Source: Methanotrichaceae archaeon (GTDB lineage: Archaea > Halobacteriota > Methanosarcinia > Methanotrichales > Methanotrichaceae). Taken from it: a stretch of 64,000 nucleotides of DNA. Shown here in pieces: positions 19,852 to 30,111 of the stretch. The stretch lies in the NCBI GenBank assembly GCA_963813075.1, contig CAWEXU010000013.1:96001-160000 (forward strand). Direction: 5' to 3'. Below the pieces are notes generated by a model. The model ran no database searches. It was given only the letters and a program-made list of their open reading frames with translations, and was not told where the DNA came from. Position numbers and translations under genes: made by a program. The number at the start of each line of letters is the position of its first letter. Within the stretch, counting starts at the first letter, position 1.

Positions 19852-21789
19852 ATGAAAGAGGATGGCATAGCAGAGTATGAAAAGGCTCTGGAGATATGCG
19901 AGAGGATGCTGGCTTTCGAGATGAATCTCCTGCAGAAAAGCAATATCTACCGAAAGATGGGCGACATTTATCTTGAAATCTTCAAACAAGACCAAAATTT
20001 GCAGAGCTGCGAAGTTGCCATCCAGGCCTATCAGAAGGCGCTTTCTGTCTATACCCAGGATGGCCATCCCCATCTGCGCGCCAGGGTATTGAGAAGCCTG
20101 GGAAATGCCTATGCCGCCCGTTCCGATCTTCTGGATCGAGCGGAAGGCCTCAATCAGGCTATAAATTCCTGGGAGGAGTCTTTGGTCGTCTTTTCCCGGG
20201 CCACTTTTCCCCTGGATTATGCCTCCCTTCAGGATGATCTTTGTGCAGCCTATCGAAAGCTGGCTGAACTGGAGGATGGTATCGCCAACAGCAAAAGGGC
20301 AATCGAGGCAGGCAAAAATGCTCTCAATATCTTTGAGATCAAAGACCATCCTCAGGAGTTCGCGAGGGCGAGGACAAACCTGGGAAGCGCATATCTGACC
20401 CTGGCCCAGTTCGCTGAAAGGCCTGCGGATCAAGTGGATTGCTGCAAGCTGGCCATCGCCTCCTACCAGGATGCTTTAGGGGTCTACAATCTGGATCGCT
20501 TTGCTGATGAGTTCTCCCTGGTCAAAAACAACCTGGCCATAGCCTATCTATCACTCTATGAGGCAATAGGAAAAGAGGATAAGGTCGAGTGCTGCAGGCG
20601 GTCTATTCAGTCGTGCCGCGATGCTCTCCTCGTTCGAACCCGAGAGAGCCAGCCCCTGGCATATGCCGCCACCCAGAAAAATCTGGGCAATGCCTTCCTC
20701 GCCCTGGCCGAGGAGGAGGCAAGCCTGGAGAACTCTCAGTTCGCCCTGGAGGCCTTCAGGAGGGCTCTGGAGGTCTATTCCTGCGAGAGCCACCCAAAGC
20801 TTTATGCAGCTACCCAAAATTGCATTGGAAGCGCTCACCTGGCAGTAGCCCAGATCATTGATCGCGCCGAAAACTGCCTGAAGGCCATTCGTGCTGCTCG
20901 CGAGGCCCTGGAAATCTTCGATAAAGAGACTAACCCCGAGGATTATGCGGAATCGCAGGGGATCCTCTGGCTTGGCTACCTCATTTTGGCGGAGATCGAG
21001 TACCGGGCTGAGAACTGCCTTTTAGCCCTGGAGGCCTGCCAGGAGAGACTGGCTGTCTTTTCCACCAGCAGCTCCCTGGAGTATGCCTCCTGCCAGAAGG
21101 ACCTGGCCATCACCTACAGCATGCTCGCGGATACGGAGTTCTCTGCTGAGGCCAAGGCAGAGGACTGCAGGAAAGGGGCAGAGGCATCATCAAAGGCGCT
21201 GGATATCTATAACGAATCCGAGTATCCATTTGAGCATGCTGAGGCCCAGCTCCTCCTCTGGGCAGCATTCTCCGCTCTGGCAGAGGTCGAGGACAAAGAG
21301 AAAAACTGCCGAAGGGCCATTGATGCCTGCCAGGCCGCCGTCCGGATATACCAGTCCTCCTGCCCGGCTGAGCACGCGGATGCTCTGAAGAGCCTGGGCT
21401 ACAGCTTCATCACCTTAGCGGAGGTGGCAGATAAGGCAGCTAACAGCAGAAAAGCAATTGATGCCTGCTCTTTGGCCCTGGAGCATTATACCAAAGAAGA
21501 GGCACCAAGGGAGCATGCTGAAGTCTTAAGAGACCTGGCCTTCGCATTTGTCACCATCTCCGAGGTGGAAAATAGAGCGGAATGGGTCAGAAAGGCCCTG
21601 CGGACCTATAAGATGGCCTCCAGGATATTCGAGGGGCTAGCCCTGGAGCGTGAGCGGGAAAAAGATCCGGAATTCGCGGAAATGCAGAGCAATGCCGAGA
21701 AATGCCGCCGCTCCATGCAATCGTGCAAGGGCATACTAAAGGCCAGCCGGAAGAGAAAGTCAGAGGATCAGCCACTGGGAATCAGGTAA
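19852..21789 (+). CDS. Tetratricopeptide-repeat protein
   Basis: Repeated P..yA....nLg.Ay units across 645 aa. Confidence 0.85.
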   Translation: MKEDGIAEYEKALEICERMLAFEMNLLQKSNIYRKMGDIYLEIFKQDQNLQSCEVAIQAYQKALSVYTQDGHPHLRARVLRSLGNAYAARSDLLDRAEGLNQAINSWEESLVVFSRATFPLDYASLQDDLCAAYRKLAELEDGIANSKRAIEAGKNALNIFEIKDHPQEFARARTNLGSAYLTLAQFAERPADQVDCCKLAIASYQDALGVYNLDRFADEFSLVKNNLAIAYLSLYEAIGKEDKVECCRRSIQSCRDALLVRTRESQPLAYAATQKNLGNAFLALAEEEASLENSQFALEAFRRALEVYSCESHPKLYAATQNCIGSAHLAVAQIIDRAENCLKAIRAAREALEIFDKETNPEDYAESQGILWLGYLILAEIEYRAENCLLALEACQERLAVFSTSSSLEYASCQKDLAITYSMLADTEFSAEAKAEDCRKGAEASSKALDIYNESEYPFEHAEAQLLLWAAFSALAEVEDKEKNCRRAIDACQAAVRIYQSSCPAEHADALKSLGYSFITLAEVADKAANSRKAIDACSLALEHYTKEEAPREHAEVLRDLAFAFVTISEVENRAEWVRKALRTYKMASRIFEGLALEREREKDPEFAEMQSNAEKCRRSMQSCKGILKASRKRKSEDQPLGIR

Positions 21790-21791
21790 CC

Positions 21792-22295
21792 ATGAAGGAT
21801 TTAGCAGAGAGCGATAAGATGGAGTACTTCCGCCGCTCCTACCGGGCGGTGGACGGTCTGTGGTTCATGATGATCGAAGAGAAGCGGGGATTTGATGAAG
21901 CTCTGGAGCTGGACCAGGCGGTCTGGAGGGTTCTGCCCAAGATCCAGGCGCGGGCAATCAAGTCCATGCTGAAGCTGGAGGATGGCCCCGATGGGCTGAA
22001 GGAGGCGATTGCTGCCCGTCTGGCCCTGGAGGAGTTCGACTATGAGCTGAAAGAAGAGGAGGGCGGATTTATGGTTGAGATCCGTCGCTGTCCCTGGCAT
22101 GATATCATGATCCAGTCAGGCAGAGAGGAGCTCTCAGAAAAGGTGAGTGAGGTCATCTGCCAGGCGGAGAACTCGGTCTGGGCGCAGGAGTTCAGCGGAA
22201 AGGGCGTGGATGGAGATGGTATGGAGATAAAGTTCGAGCGGCATGATAGGCTCTGCCAGGGAGCCGACAGATGCAGGCTCTGGTTTGGTCGGTAA
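21792..22295 (+). CDS. DUF6125-like protein (V4R/HNOX-like, Cys ligands)
   Basis: AVDGLWF..IEE..GFD.ALELD..VW, CPW, C..E, C.W. Confidence 0.7.
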   Translation: MKDLAESDKMEYFRRSYRAVDGLWFMMIEEKRGFDEALELDQAVWRVLPKIQARAIKSMLKLEDGPDGLKEAIAARLALEEFDYELKEEEGGFMVEIRRCPWHDIMIQSGREELSEKVSEVICQAENSVWAQEFSGKGVDGDGMEIKFERHDRLCQGADRCRLWFGR

Positions 22296-22343
22296 GATAG
22301 GTGCGAAAGTCTTAATGATATCCTTTTCGATCTTCGCCGTCAG

Positions 22344-22769
22344 CTATTCCGGGTCATGAAATCCGATCTTGATATGGCTGCCATCGCATAAGGGCTTTTT
22401 CTGGGAGGCTCCGCATCTGCAGAGGGCACAGGCTCCCTTTTCCGTCATCTCACTTCCATCTGTTTTGAGCAGACGAAAACTGCCTTCCACCATCAGTGGG
22501 CCGTTCTTCACCACTCTGATGGTGGCATCTGGCCCGTCTGACGCATCTTTTTCCATTGATTCCGGTGCCTTTTCCTGATAGGTCAGTGCGCCGGAAGGGC
22601 AGCGGTCGATGACCTTCATTATCTCCTCTGGACTTGCGCCCTGCATATTTATCCACGGCCTGTTATCGTGATTGAATACCCGGGGCAGTCCCTTTACGCA
22701 TTCCTGCGCATGTATGCACTTCTCCGGATTCCACTGCACAACTAAGCCTTGGCAGGAGTACTCTTTCAT
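22344..22769 (-). CDS. Divergent 4Fe-4S (YjdI-like) domain plus CDGSH iron-sulfur domain protein
   Basis: CIHAQECVKGLP.VF..RPWI, CPSGAL; LCRCGAS.KKPLCDGSH. Confidence 0.88.
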   Translation of the reverse strand: MKEYSCQGLVVQWNPEKCIHAQECVKGLPRVFNHDNRPWINMQGASPEEIMKVIDRCPSGALTYQEKAPESMEKDASDGPDATIRVVKNGPLMVEGSFRLLKTDGSEMTEKGACALCRCGASQKKPLCDGSHIKIGFHDPE

Positions 22770-22897
22770 TGCCAGTATCTGGTCTCTCTTTCTACTTGGA
22801 TTTTCCGATAATTCCTGAGTTATTCGGTTCGGCCAAAAGGATTTATATCTTGGGCAGGAGAAAGGGTCAAATGTTTCATCTATTGGAGTGACTCTCT

Positions 22898-23335
22898 ATG
22901 GGAATTATCAGTGAATTTAAGGAATTCGCAGTGAAGGGCAACGCCGTGGATATGGCGGTAGGCATCATCATAGGTGCGGCGTTCGGAAGCATAGTCAATT
23001 CGCTAGTGAATGATATCATCATGCCGCCAATTGGCATGCTGATGGGAGGCATAAACTTTGCCGACAAGTTCTTAGCGTTGGACGGGAACGCTTATGCTTC
23101 CCTGGCAGAGGCGCAGGCGGTATCCGCACCCACTATTAATTATGGTCTATTTATAAATGCTGTCATATCTTTCCTCATCGTGGCGTTTGCGGTCTTCATG
23201 CTTGTCCGTCAGATAAACGCTCTGAAGAAGGCCCCCGCACCTGCTGATCCCACCACCAAGGAATGCCCTTACTGCAAGGAGACAATTGCGCTCGGTGCGG
23301 TCAAGTGCAAGCACTGCACCGCCGACCTGAAATAA
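22898..23335 (+). CDS. mscL: Large-conductance mechanosensitive channel with C-terminal zinc ribbon
   Basis: [41 protein letters not shown]...KCKHC. Confidence 0.95.
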   Translation: MGIISEFKEFAVKGNAVDMAVGIIIGAAFGSIVNSLVNDIIMPPIGMLMGGINFADKFLALDGNAYASLAEAQAVSAPTINYGLFINAVISFLIVAFAVFMLVRQINALKKAPAPADPTTKECPYCKETIALGAVKCKHCTADLK

Positions 23336-23568
23336 ATTTCTCACCCTTTTTATATTTTTATTTTCTATTCGCTATTCTTAATTGTATCCTCAATATTCAG
23401 ATTACATGTTTGCCCTCAAAAGACGTTGGTTTTCTATTCAAGGAAGCTATAAATAACCTCCAGATATCCTGTATTATGGAAATGAGACAATGAGATCACA
23501 ATCTCAGGAAATTGCATGAATTATGAATAGACCGGATGCACCATCCTATCCCGGAAGGTATTAAGCCC

Positions 23569-24876
23569 ATGTTATATGAGATTCTGATCATTCTAATTCT
23601 CATATTGGTCAACGGCGCCTTCTCCATGGCGGAGATGGCAGTTGTCTCATCGCGCAAGGCCAGGCTCCGACAGATGGCGGATGGTGGGGATAAGGGTGCC
23701 AGCATCGCCCTGGAGCTGACCAGCAATCCCAATCAGTTCCTCTCCGCCGTCCAAACTGGGGTAACTCTAATGGCCACTCTGATCGGAGCCTTTGGCGGCG
23801 CGACATTATCCGACGAGGTGGCAGGTAACCTGCTCGGCTTATATCCCGCACTAGCTAATTATAGCCAGGGAGTCGCTCTGGCCCTGGTGGTCCTGTCCAT
23901 AACCTTCGTCAGCCTGGTTATAGGTGAGCTGGTGCCAAAGAGGATAGCCCTCTCCAATCCGGAGCGAATTGCATCCTGGTCAGCATCTCCCTTAAGCGCA
24001 TTTTCCAGAATTGTTTACCCCGTGATTCTTCTCTTGAGCAAATCCACGGAATTCGTCCTCCATGCCCTGGGGGTCAATTCCAATGACGAGCCAGAGGTTA
24101 CTGAAGAAGAGATACGAATCATGATTAACCAGGGAACAATGGCTGGGGTAATCGAGGAGGATGAACAGGACATCATGGAGAGGGTCTTCTCTTTGGGTGA
24201 GAGAAAGGTCAACTCCATCATGACCCCCAGGGGAAAGATAGTCTGGCTTGATATCCATGACAGCTTTGTGGAGATCCAGAGGAAGACCACCAGCGGGCCG
24301 TACACCATGCTACCGGTCTGCAGCAAGAAGCTGGATAATGTCCTGGGAGTGATTCAGGCCAAAGATATCCTGAACTGCGACCTGGCCAAAAAGCAAATCG
24401 ATCTGAGGTCATTGCTGTTGCCGCCCCTATTTGTGCCGGAGAGCATGAGAGCCTTGAAGGTGCTGGAGAAGTTCAAGCAGACGGGAATCCATCTGGCCAT
24501 AGTCCTTGACGAGTACGGCACAGTGCAGGGGATTGTGGCACTGGTGGACCTTTTGGAGGGGCTGGTGGGTGATATTCCCCATATCGATGAGCTGGGTGAG
24601 CCTCAGATCCTGCGCCGGAGTGATGGCTCCTGGCTGGTGGACGGGACAATGCCTGTAGACGACTTCAAAGAGGAGCTTGAAATCGACCGGCTTCCTGATG
24701 AGGATGAAGGGGCATATCAAACCGTGGGCGGCTTCATGATGACCCACCTGGAGAGGATTCCCGTTACTGGAGATAAATTAGAATGGGGTGGCTTTCGCTT
24801 TGAGGTCATAGATATGGATGAGCGCCGGGTGGACAAGCTGCTGGTGACCCCCCTGGCCGATGATGTTATAAGCTAG
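23569..24876 (+). CDS. HlyC/CorC (CNNM, DUF21-CBS-CorC) family transporter
   Basis: NGAFSMAEMAVVSSRK, GELVPK, IMTPR, VLDEYG, DMDERRVDK. Confidence 0.92.
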   Translation: MLYEILIILILILVNGAFSMAEMAVVSSRKARLRQMADGGDKGASIALELTSNPNQFLSAVQTGVTLMATLIGAFGGATLSDEVAGNLLGLYPALANYSQGVALALVVLSITFVSLVIGELVPKRIALSNPERIASWSASPLSAFSRIVYPVILLLSKSTEFVLHALGVNSNDEPEVTEEEIRIMINQGTMAGVIEEDEQDIMERVFSLGERKVNSIMTPRGKIVWLDIHDSFVEIQRKTTSGPYTMLPVCSKKLDNVLGVIQAKDILNCDLAKKQIDLRSLLLPPLFVPESMRALKVLEKFKQTGIHLAIVLDEYGTVQGIVALVDLLEGLVGDIPHIDELGEPQILRRSDGSWLVDGTMPVDDFKEELEIDRLPDEDEGAYQTVGGFMMTHLERIPVTGDKLEWGGFRFEVIDMDERRVDKLLVTPLADDVIS

Positions 24877-24952
24877 GGTATCAGGATGAGCAGCTCTATA
24901 TTGAATGCCATCGAGATGGTGGAGATGAAGGCGGGATAGAAATGAAGGTGGT

Positions 24953-25615
24953 ATGGAAATGAGGGCGGTTTTGATCTTCTCCGGTGGCCTGGACTCGACC
25001 ACCTTGCTCTATAAATTGCTGGCAGATGGCTATCAGGTGGATGCTCTGACCTTCAACTATGCTCAGAGGCATAAAAAAGAGATCGACTGCGCAATCGCCA
25101 TAGCCCGAAGGCTCAATGTCACTCATCATGTCATCGATCTCTCCCCTCTGGCCGCATTCCTGGGTGAGAGCGCACTTTTAGGCAAGAAAGAGGTGCCAAG
25201 CTGCCACTATACCGAAGAGGCGGCAAGGCAGACGGTGGTGCCAAACAGGAATATGATCATGCTCGCTGTAGCCGCGGGCTATGCCGAGGCCCATGAGATT
25301 CCAGAGTTGTTTTATGCTGCCCATAAGAATGATCAGACGATCTATCCCGATTGCCGGCCGGAGTTCGTCCAGGCACTCAAGCCCGCCATAAGTCTGGGAA
25401 CGGCCTGGAATCCGGTCGAGTTGCAAGCTCCTTTTGTGCAGATGACTAAAGCGGATATCCTGAGAATGGGCCTGGAGATGCAGGTGCCATACGAACTCAC
25501 CTGGTCGTGCTACCGGGGAGAGGATAGGCCCTGTCGCTCCTGCCCCACCTGCATAGAGAGGGAGGAGGCATTTACCCTCAACGGAATGACGGACCCGCTG
25601 ATCAGTATGGACTGA
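24953..25615 (+). CDS. queC: 7-cyano-7-deazaguanine synthase
   Basis: SGGLDS, VPNRN, YPDCRPEF, TWSCY...C..C..C. Confidence 0.95.
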   Translation: MEMRAVLIFSGGLDSTTLLYKLLADGYQVDALTFNYAQRHKKEIDCAIAIARRLNVTHHVIDLSPLAAFLGESALLGKKEVPSCHYTEEAARQTVVPNRNMIMLAVAAGYAEAHEIPELFYAAHKNDQTIYPDCRPEFVQALKPAISLGTAWNPVELQAPFVQMTKADILRMGLEMQVPYELTWSCYRGEDRPCRSCPTCIEREEAFTLNGMTDPLISMD

Positions 25616-25692
25616 TATATTCTCACTCTCTAAGAATCTTCTCTCCCCTCAGACCAAAAATTTAAACAAGGAATAAAACCCGGGGCTATTAT

Positions 25693-26268
25693 ATGCTGGA
25701 AAGGCTCAAGAAATCATTGCTGGAAGCCCCCGTATTCAAGCGGGGAGAGTATGACTACTTCATTCATCCCATCACAGACGGCGTTCCGGAGATCAGGCCG
25801 GATCTGATCCGGGAGGTCACCGCCAATATCGTGCGGATCGCCAATCTGGATGTGGACAAGATAGTGACCGTTGAGGCCATGGGAATTCCCATCGGCATTG
25901 TGCTTTCCATACTCTGCGATATTCCGCTGGTGATAATAAGAAAGAGAAAGTACGGCCTGCCCAATGAGATTGAGGTCAGCCAGGTTACCGGCTACTCCAG
26001 GTCGCAGCTCTTTTTGAATGGCATAAACAGGGGGGACAGGGTGATCGTGGTGGACGATGTGATCAGCACCGGCGGTACCCTCCAGGCCACACTGGACTCG
26101 CTTAAGATGGCCGGAGCTATGGTTATGGATACGGTGATCGTGGTGGAAAGGGGAGATGGCGCAGAGCAGCTGAGGGCCAAAGGCTACAAGCTGAAGACCA
26201 TGGTCAGAGTTAAGGTGGAAGGTGGCCGGGTCTCCGAGGTTGTGGAGCCAGATTTCAAAGGTCAATGA
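25693..26268 (+). CDS. hpt: Archaeal hypoxanthine/guanine phosphoribosyltransferase
   Basis: YFIHPITDGVP, EAMGIP, VVDDVISTGGT. Confidence 0.9.
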   Translation: MLERLKKSLLEAPVFKRGEYDYFIHPITDGVPEIRPDLIREVTANIVRIANLDVDKIVTVEAMGIPIGIVLSILCDIPLVIIRKRKYGLPNEIEVSQVTGYSRSQLFLNGINRGDRVIVVDDVISTGGTLQATLDSLKMAGAMVMDTVIVVERGDGAEQLRAKGYKLKTMVRVKVEGGRVSEVVEPDFKGQ

Positions 26269-26295
26269 TAAAATGGTATTCGAGCTCTGGATAAG

Positions 26296-26574
26296 ATGAC
26301 TGAAGGCCTGAATGGTGGTGAGCGGAGCCTGGAGGAGAGTCTATGCCACGAGACCGTCAAGTGGCAGGAGAAGGCAGAGGCGCTCTTCTCTAAGCTCTCC
26401 GGGGATGAGAGGTTCCTGGAGAACATCTCAGCATACCTATCTGATTCCCACTATTTCCTGGAGCAGAAGGATTTGATCAGAGCCTTCGAGGCGGTGATCT
26501 GGGCCTGGGCCTGGATGGAGATCGGCCTGGATGAGGGGCTTTTGCAGCAAGACTCTTCGATGGGTCCAATTTAA
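26296..26574 (+). CDS. DUF357-like protein
   Basis: AYLSDSHYFLE..DLIRAFEAVIWAWAW. Confidence 0.8.
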   Translation: MTEGLNGGERSLEESLCHETVKWQEKAEALFSKLSGDERFLENISAYLSDSHYFLEQKDLIRAFEAVIWAWAWMEIGLDEGLLQQDSSMGPI

Positions 26575-26625
26575 GCTAACCACAGGTTACTATTATATAC
26601 TTAGACATGGCAAACATGCCAATAA

Positions 26626-27126
26626 ATGAAAATTGATTATAGGACCCGGCTGGATGAGGCCAAATCCCTGGCGGACATATTTGAGGTGGTAAAGACTCTG
26701 GTAGAGAAGAGCACTGGCAGATGCAGGGGCGGACTGATGCTGGGCATGGCAAACCTGGGAAACGATCCGGAGGGCTTCTTAGGAGGCTTTTTCACCACCG
26801 GCTCCAATGTCATCGTCCTCAATAAGATACCGCTGCAAAGGATCATGGAAACTCGTCCCGAGCTTTACAAGCCCTATGTATTCCATGTCCTATTGCACGA
26901 GTATATCCATTCCCTGGGCTGCCTGGACGAGTCTGAGGTGAGAAGTAAGGTCCATGAGCTAACCCGAGAGGCTCTGGGCGAGGAGCACCTGGCAACGCAG
27001 ATTGCTGTCAGCGCATCAGGATTCATCAAGCATCTTGCCTACCCCCATCTATCCTGGAAGGCGGATGATGAGGGAATCGAGCTGGTGGAGGGCTTTGACC
27101 GGTCCAGCGTCTCATATATCGCTTAG
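26626..27126 (+). CDS. Hypothetical protein with HExxH zincin-like motif
   Basis: LLHEYIHSLG. Confidence 0.7.
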   Translation: MKIDYRTRLDEAKSLADIFEVVKTLVEKSTGRCRGGLMLGMANLGNDPEGFLGGFFTTGSNVIVLNKIPLQRIMETRPELYKPYVFHVLLHEYIHSLGCLDESEVRSKVHELTREALGEEHLATQIAVSASGFIKHLAYPHLSWKADDEGIELVEGFDRSSVSYIA

Positions 27127-27185
27127 ATCCTCTCACTTATCCCCTCATATTTTTAAGCAATCAGAGCCATAAGATTTCCTATATC

Positions 27186-28616
27186 ATGAACAGCATGGAG
27201 AGATTCGATCTCATCGTCATCGGCTCGGGCGCAGGGACTCATGTCGCCTCCCAGGCCGCCCTGACAGGGATGAAGACAGCGCTGGTAGATCGTGGCCTGG
27301 CAGGCGGCACTTGCCTGAACAGCGGCTGCGTGCCATCAAAGATGCTCATCTATCCCGCAGACGTGATCAGAGTTATGCAGGAAGCAAGAGCAATAGGCGT
27401 TTACAGCAGTATAGATAAGATCGATTTCCCTTCGATCATGAGCCGCATGCATCAGGTGGTGAATGAAGGAAGGGCTAACCTGGTGGAGTCAATCAAATCC
27501 AAGACAAATCTGACCTATTTGCCGGAGCAAGCAGAGTTTATTGACGACTATGTGCTGAGAGCGGGAGAAGAAACACTCACTGCCCCAAAGTTCGTAATTG
27601 CTACAGGCTCCCGCTCTCTTGTTCCTCCAATACCTGGTCTTGAGGAGTCCGGCTATCTGGACAATGTTTCACTTCTCGCGCTGGAATCACCACCCAAAAG
27701 CCTGGTCATAATCGGTGGAGGCTATATTGGCTGCGAATACGGCCACTTCTTCTCCGCTATGGGAACAGATGTCACTATCCTTGGAAGAAGCCCCCGTCTT
27801 TTGGGCGGAGAGGATCCGGAGATCGCAGGACGGCTTAAGGAGTCCCTCTCCCGCTATTGCTGGATTGTCACCGGCCATGAGGTCGTCTCGGTCAAGAGGA
27901 GAGGGGAAAGCAAAATCGTCTCCACAAAAGGCCGAGAGGATGGTCAGGCGCGCCAGTTCAAGGGAGAGGAGATACTCCTGGCTGCTGGCCGCAGGTCCAA
28001 CTCAGACCTCCTCCACCCCGAGAGGACAGGGATTGAGACAGACAGGCATGGCTGGATCAGAGTCAATGAGTATATGGAAACCAGCAAAAAAGGCATCTGG
28101 GCTGTGGGAGATGCCACAGGAAGGTACATGTTCCGCCATACTGCCAACTACGAGTCCAAGATCGCAGCCCACAATATTCTGAGAGCCAAAAATGAACGCG
28201 AGAGGCAGGCAGCGGAGTATCATGCCGTTCCTTACGCCATCTTCTCTCATCCTACTGTGGCAGCAGTGGGCATGAAAGAGGCAGAGGCCGTCGAGAGTGG
28301 CTTCAATGTGCTTGTAGGGAGGGCCAGCTATACTGATATTGCTAAAGGAAAGGCTATGGCTGAGGAGTATGGGTTTGCTAAGGTGATATTAGATGAGGAC
28401 ACAGGCAGAATCCTGGGTGCGGCAGTGATTGGATCTATGGCAGCAGAGCTTATTCAGCAGATGGTATATCTGATGAACACAGAGAGCCAGGATCTGACCA
28501 CAGTCGTCAGGTCACAGGTCATCCATCCCACTATCAGCCAGGTGCTTACAAGGGCACTGACGTGGCTGGAGAGGTCAAAAGTGCATCGTTCCGACATTAA
28601 GGAAGGCCGCCAATGA
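27186..28616 (+). CDS. Class-I pyridine nucleotide-disulfide oxidoreductase (dihydrolipoamide dehydrogenase/mycothione reductase-like)
   Basis: GSGAG, GGTCLNSGCVPSK, GGGYIGCE, GDA, IHPT. Confidence 0.9.
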   Translation: MNSMERFDLIVIGSGAGTHVASQAALTGMKTALVDRGLAGGTCLNSGCVPSKMLIYPADVIRVMQEARAIGVYSSIDKIDFPSIMSRMHQVVNEGRANLVESIKSKTNLTYLPEQAEFIDDYVLRAGEETLTAPKFVIATGSRSLVPPIPGLEESGYLDNVSLLALESPPKSLVIIGGGYIGCEYGHFFSAMGTDVTILGRSPRLLGGEDPEIAGRLKESLSRYCWIVTGHEVVSVKRRGESKIVSTKGREDGQARQFKGEEILLAAGRRSNSDLLHPERTGIETDRHGWIRVNEYMETSKKGIWAVGDATGRYMFRHTANYESKIAAHNILRAKNERERQAAEYHAVPYAIFSHPTVAAVGMKEAEAVESGFNVLVGRASYTDIAKGKAMAEEYGFAKVILDEDTGRILGAAVIGSMAAELIQQMVYLMNTESQDLTTVVRSQVIHPTISQVLTRALTWLERSKVHRSDIKEGRQ

Positions 28617-29583
28617 GATCGTTCTCCCCAAGACAGGCTGCTAAGGCTCTATGGCAGATGAGGGGGAAGAGGAGGCCGTATGTCCTCTCCCACGGCATAA
28701 ACGCCCGCTGCAACTTGAGCTGCTCTTTTTGCCAGTACTGGAGAAAGCCTGGCCGGGAGATGACCCGTCAGGAGATCTTTAAGATGCTCGATGAGGCCAG
28801 CTCCTTTGGCATCGGGGTCTACAATGCCTGGACCGTCGAGCCTCTGCTAAGAGAGGACCTGCCCCAGATTCTGAAGTATGCCAAATCCCGTGGCCTGATC
28901 ACCGGCCTGGTCACCAACGGTCTTCTGCTCGCCAAAAGGGCGAATGAGCTCGATGACCTTGATTATCTCTCCGTCTCCGTGGACGGGATCAAAAGCTACC
29001 GAGAGCTGCGGGGAATAGAGCTGGAGAATACCCTGGCCGGAATCCGGGCGGCGAAAAGGGCGGGCCATGAGATTCTGATCAACTGCGTGATAAGCGGCAA
29101 AAATACAGCCGAGCTGGAGGATCTGGTTCATCTGGCCGAGGAGTTGGGCACCTGGATCTCCTTTGAGCCCCTGCATGAGTCCCCAGGGATATCGGACTCG
29201 GTCTGGAGGGATCTGGGAATCCGGGATCGGTCTGCCCATGAGAAGGCGTTGCACCGGCTGATGGAGCTGAAGAGAGCTGGCGCGCCCATCATCAACTCTC
29301 TGACCTATCTGGAGATGATATCCACCCTTAAACCCCAATTCAAATGCCATGCCAGCGACATCATCCTCCATGTGGCATCGGACGGCAGCATCGAGAACTG
29401 CCGGGTCCACGGCCAACCTTGGCCAATGTGTTGGGGGGGCTGGTGGAGGCCTGGCAGGCATCAAAGCAAGGGCGGGAGGAGATTGTCCGGTCCTGCCCAG
29501 GCTGCCTGTTCTTCGGATATGTGGAAAACAGCCTCCTATACGAGTTCGTGCCTGAGGTTTTGAGGCATTACGAGTGGATGTAG
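28613..29583 (+). CDS. Radical SAM protein with SPASM/twitch-like C-terminus, frameshift near 29430
   Basis: CNLSCSFC, EPLLRED, VTNG; C-terminus CPGCLFFGYVE in ORF 29344-29583. Confidence 0.85.
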
Positions 29584-29635
29584 TCTCGTGGATAGGGCCC
29601 GGTGAGGGGGTCGGCACGGATGCAGAGCAGTTAAG

Positions 29636-29899
29636 ATGAGCAAATCTGCACATGTGCCTGAAAGGGCATTTGCCCGGAGATTTTCAAACGAAGGCCGCCA
29701 GGTTAAGAAAGCTCTGCTTGAATTGATCCGAGAGGGCTACGTGAAGCAGCATCCAACGCGCGGCGAGATGATTTACGATCTGACTGACGAGGGCCTGACG
29801 GCTTTTAACAGCGGAAGACCCTCAAGGGCCGGAGGCCAATCTCCGCCTGAAACGAGAAGATGTATTGAAGCTGGCTGGGGAATCATAGGGCTTTCATGA
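29636..29899 (+). CDS. Small winged-helix-like protein
   Basis: VKKALLELIREGYV...YDLTDEG wHTH-like pattern. Confidence 0.5.
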   Translation: MSKSAHVPERAFARRFSNEGRQVKKALLELIREGYVKQHPTRGEMIYDLTDEGLTAFNSGRPSRAGGQSPPETRRCIEAGWGIIGLS

Positions 29900-30111
29900 T
29901 CCTTTTTCAATCTGTCTTGCGGAATCAGCATCGACCCCGCTGTTACCCTCGGATAAATCGGTCCTCAGTGGTCGGTCCGATACCGCCAGATCCCGATAGG
30001 CGCTTAAACAAACGCCTTTTTAGATATCCTGCTTTTGAAATTCCTGCAGCTCTTCTTCAGTGAAGAATTCGGACCAATCCGCGCCGAATATCTTCAGAAC
30101 GCTTCTTCCAC

